From NCBI GenBank assembly GCA_018302745.1, contig JAGVZH010000014.1, forward strand, positions 1-37,235: DNA of 37,235 nt, given 5' to 3'. The position numbers and the translations under genes were made by a program. Positions 31,592 to 37,235 of this stretch are shown here, piece by piece. Origin of the DNA: Candidatus Woesearchaeota archaeon (GTDB lineage Archaea; Nanobdellota; Nanobdellia; SCGC-AAA011-G17; JAGVZH01). The notes under the pieces were generated by a model. It had not been told where the DNA came from and did no database searches. It saw only the letters and a list, made by a program, of their open reading frames with translations. Numbering within the stretch: the first letter of the stretch is position 1; each line of letters opens with the position of its first letter.

Positions 31592-32953
31592 ATGTTAAGG
31601 ACTCATAATTGCGGTGAATTAACTAAAAAAGACAAAGGAAAAGAAGTAATTTTATCAGGTTGGCTGCATTCTTCAAGAGTTCAAAAAAAATTCAGTTTTA
31701 TTGATTTAAGAGATAGATATGGAGTGACACAATTATTCTTAGATGAAAAATTTAATGACCAAATTTCAAAATTAGGAAAAGAATCTGTTATACAGGCTAA
31801 AGGTATTGTTCAGGTAAAACCTGCTCCAAATCCAAAATTAAAAACTGGAGAAATAGAAGTTAAGGTTTCTTCTATAGAAGTTCTGAATGAATCAGATGAG
31901 TTGCCTTTGGATTTGTCTGGAGAGATTGAATCAACAGAAGAAACAAGATTGAAGTACAGATATCTGGATTTAAGAACAGAAAAGATGAAGAATAATATAA
32001 TAACAAGGTATAAAATTACAAAATCAATAAGGGATTCTCTTCACAAACAGGATTTTTTAGAGATAGAAACTCCTATGCTGGCAAAGTCAACTCCAGAAGG
32101 TGCAAGGGATTATTTAGTTCCTTCGAGAGTTAATCCAAAAAAATTCTTTGCCCTTCCACAGTCGCCCCAGATATTTAAGCAGTTATTGATGGTTTCCGGA
32201 TTTGACAGATACTTTCAGATAGTAAGATGCTTCAGGGATGAGGATTTAAGAGCTGACAGGCAGCCAGAATTCACTCAATTGGACATGGAGATGAGTTTTG
32301 TTGGAGAAGAAGATGTTTATTTTGCAATAGAACAGTTAATGAAAGATATCTGGAAAGATGTTTTGAACATTAATATAAAAATCCCATTCCAAAGAATGAC
32401 TTATGAAGAAGCTATAAAAAAACATAAAACTGACAAGCCAGATTTGAGAAAAAACAAAGATGAATATGCATTTTTGTGGGTTACAGATTTTCCATTGTTG
32501 GATTTTAATGAAGAAGAAAAGAGATATGTTGCAATGCACCATCCATTTACAAGCCCAAAATTAGAAGATGTTAAATTGCTTGACAAAAATCCTGAAAAGG
32601 CAAGGGCAAGAGCCTATGATTTAGTATTAAATGGAGAGGAAATTGGCGGCGGTTCGATAAGGATCCATAAAAAAGAATTGCAGGAAAAAATATTCAATGC
32701 TATTAAGATGACTAAAAAAGAGGCTGAAGATAAGTTCGGGTTTTTGATGAATGCTTTTAAATATGGAGCCCCTCCTCATGGAGGCATTGCATTAGGCTTG
32801 GATAGGATAGCAGCAATAGTGACTGGAAACAGCAATATAAGGGAAGTTATAGCTTTTCCAAAAAACCAGGATGCAAAGGACTTGATGATGGGTTCTCCAT
32901 CTGAAGTTGATAAAAGTCAATTAAAGGAATTAGGAATAAAGTTTGAAAAATGA
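31592..32953 (+). CDS. aspS: Aspartyl-tRNA synthetase, bacterial-type sequence without the GAD insertion
   Basis: 453 aa. It has MLRTHNCGEL, FFALPQSPQIFKQLLMVSGFDRYFQIVRCFRDEDLRADRQPEFTQLDMEMSF, HHPFTSPK and GGIALGLDR. Confidence 0.88.
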   Translation: MLRTHNCGELTKKDKGKEVILSGWLHSSRVQKKFSFIDLRDRYGVTQLFLDEKFNDQISKLGKESVIQAKGIVQVKPAPNPKLKTGEIEVKVSSIEVLNESDELPLDLSGEIESTEETRLKYRYLDLRTEKMKNNIITRYKITKSIRDSLHKQDFLEIETPMLAKSTPEGARDYLVPSRVNPKKFFALPQSPQIFKQLLMVSGFDRYFQIVRCFRDEDLRADRQPEFTQLDMEMSFVGEEDVYFAIEQLMKDIWKDVLNINIKIPFQRMTYEEAIKKHKTDKPDLRKNKDEYAFLWVTDFPLLDFNEEEKRYVAMHHPFTSPKLEDVKLLDKNPEKARARAYDLVLNGEEIGGGSIRIHKKELQEKIFNAIKMTKKEAEDKFGFLMNAFKYGAPPHGGIALGLDRIAAIVTGNSNIREVIAFPKNQDAKDLMMGSPSEVDKSQLKELGIKFEK

Positions 32954-34245
32954 AATTTATATCAATACAGGAAGCATTGGATAAAAAAGAAGGAAAGGTT
33001 TCTCTAAGAGGATGGGTTTACAGGGAAAGAAAGCAGAAAGAGATGGCTTTCATAGTCATGAGAGATTCCTCAAACATAATTCAGTGCGTAGTGAAGGAAG
33101 ACAAAGTTAGCAAAAAAGAATGGGAAGACGCAAACAAGATTCTTATTGAATCATCATTAGAAATAGAAGGAACTTTAAAAGAGGATAAGAGAGCCCCAAC
33201 AGGCTATGAATTACAAGTTTCTAAATTGAATGTTATTCATTTTGCAGAAAAATTTCCAATCTCAAAAGACCATTCTCCGGAATTTTTGCTTGATGTAAGG
33301 CATCTGTCATTAAGATCAAGAAAATTAACCAATGTTTTAAAAGTGAGATCAACAGTTTTTAAAGCAATACATGATTACTTCAGGTCATTTGGATATTATG
33401 AGTATCATTCTCCCTGCTTCACTCCAAATGCAGCAGAAGGAGGCTCAACTCTGTTCAAAGTGGATTATTTTGGCAAGCCGATTTATCTTACTCAAACCTG
33501 GCAGTTATATGCAGAAGCAGGAATTTTTGCTTTGGAAAAAATATATACAATAGCGCCTTCATTCAGGTCAGAAAAATCAAAAACATCAAGGCATCTAACA
33601 GAATATTGGCATGCCGAAGTTGAGACTGCATGGCAGCATTTTCCTGAACTATTAGATCTGGCAGAAGGATTAATAAAATATATAGTAAAAACAGTACTAA
33701 AAGAAAACAAAAAAGAATTAGATATATTAGGAAGGGATACAAAAAAACTAGAGCCTATAGTAAAGGAAAAATTTCCAAGAATAACTTACAAAGAAGCTTT
33801 GAAAATCCTTGAGCAAAAGGCGAAAATAAAAATTCCATACGGAAAGGACTTAAGGACAGTAGAAGAAGATGCTTTGTCAAAACTTTATAATACTCCTGTT
33901 TTTGTAACGCATTATCCAAAGATAATAAAGGCTTTTTACATGAAAGAGGATGATAAAGATAAAGGTGCAGTTTTAGGCTCAGACTTAATAGCGACAGAAG
34001 GTTATGGGGAAATTATTGGGGCAAGTGAAAGAGAAACAGATATTAAAGAGCTGGAAAAGAAACTAAAAGCTCAGGGTGAGGACCCAAAAAAGTATGGATG
34101 GTATTTGGATACAAGAAGGTATGGAAGTGTTCCTCATGCCGGATTTGGATTAGGTGTAGAAAGAGTGATTGCATGGGTTTGCGGCTTGGATAATATTAAG
34201 GATGCTATTCCATTCCCAAGAACAATGTTAAGGTATCAGCCTTAA
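32950..34245 (+). CDS. asnS: Asparaginyl-tRNA synthetase
   Basis: 431 aa. It has YLTQTWQLYAE, FRSEKSKTSRHLTEYWHAEVE and WYLDTRRYGSVPHAGFGLGVER. It overlaps aspS by ATGA. Confidence 0.85.
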   Translation: MKFISIQEALDKKEGKVSLRGWVYRERKQKEMAFIVMRDSSNIIQCVVKEDKVSKKEWEDANKILIESSLEIEGTLKEDKRAPTGYELQVSKLNVIHFAEKFPISKDHSPEFLLDVRHLSLRSRKLTNVLKVRSTVFKAIHDYFRSFGYYEYHSPCFTPNAAEGGSTLFKVDYFGKPIYLTQTWQLYAEAGIFALEKIYTIAPSFRSEKSKTSRHLTEYWHAEVETAWQHFPELLDLAEGLIKYIVKTVLKENKKELDILGRDTKKLEPIVKEKFPRITYKEALKILEQKAKIKIPYGKDLRTVEEDALSKLYNTPVFVTHYPKIIKAFYMKEDDKDKGAVLGSDLIATEGYGEIIGASERETDIKELEKKLKAQGEDPKKYGWYLDTRRYGSVPHAGFGLGVERVIAWVCGLDNIKDAIPFPRTMLRYQP

Positions 34246-34721
34246 TTCTTAAACTTAAACAAAGTGTCTTTTTTCTTGTTTATTAAGTATATTACCAGCA
34301 AGAATATTAAAACTATTGTAGCAAATCCAAATTTCGACTTTGTGTCAAAATAAATCCATGTTGCAAAGAAAGTTGTTATTATTGATCCTAAGAATATTCC
34401 GGCAACAATGCTTCCTTCTAAAGGAATAAATATTACAAAAAGCAGTGCAATTAAATTGAACAGGGTAATTGTAAAATATTTCCAGGACTCATAAGCCTGC
34501 TTGTCATCTTCAAATTTTTCCCTTTCGTCTTTTTCATCTTCAGCGCATTTCTGAACTTCAGTCTCATTATATTCAGGAGATAGTCTGGGTCCATAGCATT
34601 TGCTTTCATAATATGAATGATCTCCAGTATATTTGGGAAAGAAAACATTTGCTCCCATAAAAACCATAGGAATGTAAAGCAATAATACAACCAAGCTGAA
34701 AACAATTTTAGTCCAATTCAT
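34242..34721 (-). CDS. Hypothetical membrane protein
   Basis: 159 aa. It has one N-terminal and about 3 C-terminal TM helices around an acidic loop. Its stop shares a TTAA with the asnS stop. Confidence 0.5.
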   Translation of the reverse strand: MNWTKIVFSLVVLLLYIPMVFMGANVFFPKYTGDHSYYESKCYGPRLSPEYNETEVQKCAEDEKDEREKFEDDKQAYESWKYFTITLFNLIALLFVIFIPLEGSIVAGIFLGSIITTFFATWIYFDTKSKFGFATIVLIFLLVIYLINKKKDTLFKFKN

Positions 34722-34776
34722 AATTTAAAGAGATTAGTTTCTGTTTAAATACTTTATTAAATAAAAAAATAAAAAT

Positions 34777-35190
34777 CTACTCTTCTGACCTGTATGAAAC
34801 AATGTTTACAGCTTCTTCAAAAGTAATCTTTGACCTTCCTCTTGTTTCAAGGTCTAATGCTCTTGTTGCGCCGTCAACTTCGCTTACTGACAATAATCTG
34901 TCTCCATTGTCTATAGCTCTTGCCAGATTAAATCCATCCTGGCTATGAACTCCCCTAAACTCAGGGCAGACAGAATTTACCAGATAAACAAGCCTTTCCA
35001 TAGCTTTGTCAGCGCCTGATGCATATTCAAATTCCCAGCTGTGTCCAAAGTCTAATTGCTTCCTTTCAGAAGTTCTCCTTGAAGTTGGGTTTTCTTTTTC
35101 ACCAGACCCTAAACAGCCTGTTAATCCCAAAGTTGCTGCCAAGCCCAAGCCAATTCCTACTTTTCTTAAGTAATTCATTTTAACCCCCAT
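34777..35190 (-). CDS. Putative lipoprotein (lipobox LTGC)
   Basis: 137 aa. MNYLRKVGIGLGLAATLGLTGC is a signal peptide with a lipobox. The start is more likely the ATG at 35178. The CDS has visibly higher GC than its flanks. Confidence 0.55.
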   Translation of the reverse strand: MGVKMNYLRKVGIGLGLAATLGLTGCLGSGEKENPTSRRTSERKQLDFGHSWEFEYASGADKAMERLVYLVNSVCPEFRGVHSQDGFNLARAIDNGDRLLSVSEVDGATRALDLETRGRSKITFEEAVNIVSYRSEE

Positions 35191-35250
35191 AGTTTAAAAC
35201 CTGATTTTAAAGAAAAATAGCCATTTATAAGTTTTATTATTCTAAAGTAG

Positions 35251-35925
35251 TTATTTAAAAACCTCTCCAGTTTCCATGCTCCAGAAAAGTAAATCCAATT
35301 CGTCCATGTCAATGCTAACTTCCCTGCTGAAATCCTTAAATTTTTTTTCTATCTCAAAATATACCTTAGGGGTTAAAGTTTTTGGGAGTTCATTAATGAC
35401 ATTAGATTTATGCAAGTTCTTCAAAATATGCCTGTCCAATATTGCTAATCCCCTATATCCAATATTCCTGAGAAAATGACTGGATTCTTTTAATCCTAAT
35501 CCCTTAACATTCTTGACCAACCATAATCTTAATTCCTCATTGTTTTTAATTTCATTTAGCTTTTTCTTAATCAGGGGAAATTTCTCTTTTGCCTCCATGA
35601 GGTATTTAGCTTTATTATTGTTAAATCTTACATTTACAATCAATTTAGCAGGATTAAATGCTTCTGCATTGTAAAAATCCCTTTCCTTTAAATTTTTGAT
35701 GCATTTGTCAGCTGCTTTTGCGCTTGATTGCGGTGTTAACAAGCAGAAACAAAGCTCATAAAAAAGTTCTTCATCATTTCTGTCTTGCTTAAAATCGTTT
35801 AACCTGTCTTTTATTATATCTTTTTTTTCTTCATAATCTCTTTTAATATCATTAATCATACCAACACCCTGACTTTTAATCTTTCTATGCATATTCTTTC
35901 TTAGTTTATATGCATTTCCCCGCAT
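35251..35925 (-). CDS. ogg: N-glycosylase/DNA lyase (archaeal Ogg-type, HhH-GPD)
   Basis: 224 aa. It has ELCFCLLTPQSSA, GLGLKESSHFLRNIGY and AILDRHI (catalytic Lys/Asp context). The true start may be an internal Met. Confidence 0.8.
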   Translation of the reverse strand: MRGNAYKLRKNMHRKIKSQGVGMINDIKRDYEEKKDIIKDRLNDFKQDRNDEELFYELCFCLLTPQSSAKAADKCIKNLKERDFYNAEAFNPAKLIVNVRFNNNKAKYLMEAKEKFPLIKKKLNEIKNNEELRLWLVKNVKGLGLKESSHFLRNIGYRGLAILDRHILKNLHKSNVINELPKTLTPKVYFEIEKKFKDFSREVSIDMDELDLLFWSMETGEVFK

Positions 35926-36014
35926 AGCATAAGCTAACTAAAACAAGTAAAAAGAAAAATAGCTCTTAATAAAAACTTATTTTTTTGGTGCGTCGCATTC
36001 GGTAATTACACGAC

Positions 36015-36671
36015 CTAATGTCTCCCACGCAGGGCGCCAAGAAAGCAAGCGAAATCAATAATGGCCCTGAAATCGGAATAGCTGTTGAAATCACACAGCC
36101 GCGAAGCCTGCCCAAGAAATTCCTTATCCGCATCCCTTAAAGTGCTTTGCACATAATCAGGCATAAGTACGAAAACGCATGGGGTTATTCCAGCTTCTAC
36201 AAACATTTCCATGTTTAAACCGAAATTTTCTTCATCAGGACCATAAATTCTCTGAGCAGCCCTTCTTTGTTCAGAATTTAATTTATGAACAGCTTTAGGA
36301 TCAACTTCAAAACGACCATATCGATAATCTTCAATCACGAGTCTTAATTCTTCCAAATCAATGACAACACTATCCTCATGCTCTAAAGACTTTTTAGCAG
36401 CTTCAGCGTCAAGAAAATAGTTTCCGTTAATTAATTGCCAGGAGGTTTTGTCAATATTTTGCAAAACTAAATTTTGTGGTCTACGAGTAATAGCCCATAA
36501 AGGCTTTCCTTTTTGGACAGTATAAAGTGCGCCATCAGCAGTATAAAGCTGTTGATGTCTTAATCCATCCTTGGTTCTTCGCTCAATCGTAATCTCATCT
36601 ACATGCTGAAATGTGCCTAGCCCTAATTCTTTGTAATTCAATAAATTTCCAATAATGTTTTCTAATGCCAT
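36015..36671 (-). CDS. Hypothetical protein, compositionally atypical
   Basis: 218-aa ORF with noticeably higher GC and G/C-ending codons than its surroundings. I recognise no motif. Confidence 0.5.
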   Translation of the reverse strand: MALENIIGNLLNYKELGLGTFQHVDEITIERRTKDGLRHQQLYTADGALYTVQKGKPLWAITRRPQNLVLQNIDKTSWQLINGNYFLDAEAAKKSLEHEDSVVIDLEELRLVIEDYRYGRFEVDPKAVHKLNSEQRRAAQRIYGPDEENFGLNMEMFVEAGITPCVFVLMPDYVQSTLRDADKEFLGQASRLCDFNSYSDFRAIIDFACFLGALRGRH

Positions 36672-36904
36672 TTTAATCTCCTTTTCAATATGTTTGATAC
36701 TTCATAGCTAATTTACTCATTTATAAAGCTTTCTATTTGTTACTACTTTAATAGAGTAATTAATCTATATCAATAATGTCTCCAACCTTAACATCATTAT
36801 CTAAAGTAAAATTAGCATTAAAAGATTATAGTAAATTATACTATATGGATAAAATAATAGAAAGATTTAAAAACCTTTAAATCATCTGGAGTATAAACTA
36901 AAGT

Positions 36905-37159
36905 ATGGATTATAATCAAAATACTATAGCAGTCTTGAGAAGATTATTCACAAAAAGAAGGATTGGCGGCAAACATACTGAAGAGAAAAATGTCTTAAGA
37001 TGGTTAAAAAATTTATCTCCTGAAGACAAAAATTTGGCTTTAAAAGACTGGGATAAAGCAATAAAAGATGGTTTGGTGTTGAAGCAGAAGAAGACAAAGG
37101 AATGGCATGTAAGTTTAAACCCCAGAAGATTAAAAGATATTCATAATTTAATAAAATAA
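36905..37159 (+). CDS. Small winged-helix-like protein (conserved archaeal GGKHT...HVSLNP type)
   Basis: 84 aa. RIGGKHTEEKNVLRWL...KAIKDGLVLKQKKTKEWHVSLNPRRLKDI resembles a small archaeal DNA-binding family that I cannot name precisely. Confidence 0.45.
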   Translation: MDYNQNTIAVLRRLFTKRRIGGKHTEEKNVLRWLKNLSPEDKNLALKDWDKAIKDGLVLKQKKTKEWHVSLNPRRLKDIHNLIK

Positions 37160-37164
37160 TAAAA

Positions 37165-37235
37165 ATGAAAAAAGAAACAGGAATATTTTGTGAAGTTTTT
37201 GGAGATAATCCTCAAAATAGAATACTGGAATTTTT
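37165..37235 (+). CDS. Start of a probable wHTH protein (partial)
   Basis: The ATG at 37165 opens MKKETGIFCEVFGDNPQNRILEF..., which runs off the window. G(D)NP..RIL.F is reminiscent of archaeal HTH regulators. Confidence 0.3.
   Translation, partial: MKKETGIFCEVFGDNPQNRILEF

Noticed and set aside
34879-34914. DNGDRLLSVSEV in the lipoprotein read as an EF-hand or dockerin-type calcium loop.
   Set aside because: It does not fit the D-x-[DNS]-x-[DNS]-G spacing and there is only one copy.
1-37235. Search by eye for CRISPR arrays, long direct or inverted terminal repeats, integrase, transposase or reverse-transcriptase genes, rRNA, and in-frame stop codons hinting at an alternative genetic code.
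   Set aside because: None were found. All conserved genes read through with the standard code. The only repeats noted are short ones, reported under findings.

Overview
This is an AT-rich window (about 30% G+C by eye) with very dense gene packing and an archaeal housekeeping backbone. That backbone includes ABCE1, deoxyhypusine synthase, ATP-dependent DNA ligase, FtsZ, GatD and GatE, a compact PriS-like primase, AspRS, AsnRS, an Ogg-type glycosylase, TrmB-type regulators and an intron-containing tRNA. TATA-like boxes sit 20-30 nt upstream of many start codons, and many genes overlap by 1-4 nt. The trimmed domain content and scarcity of biosynthetic genes fit a DPANN-type episymbiotic archaeon, but that assignment is inference. 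No CRISPR array, integrase, transposase or rRNA was seen.

Main observations:
1. A four-gene, translationally coupled, bacterial-style acyl-lipid module lies at 24289-29029. It encodes an acyl-AMP ligase/ACP/PlsC fusion, AcpS, an esterase and an MFS permease. It looks like a lipid scavenging and re-acylation system.
2. A block of about 2.16 kb at 19651-21809 has clearly higher GC and different codon usage. It splits a small DUF504 gene, is bounded by truncated genes, and carries an odd 164-nt tRNA, lemA, a frameshifted htpX and an RNase J fragment.
3. A five-gene prepilin-like cluster sits at the left edge.
4. ABCE1 has lost exactly the four ligands of one of its two Fe-S clusters.
5. AspRS (bacterial type) and GatE both lack their GAD-type insertion domains.

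All family calls come from motif recognition by eye. No searches were run.
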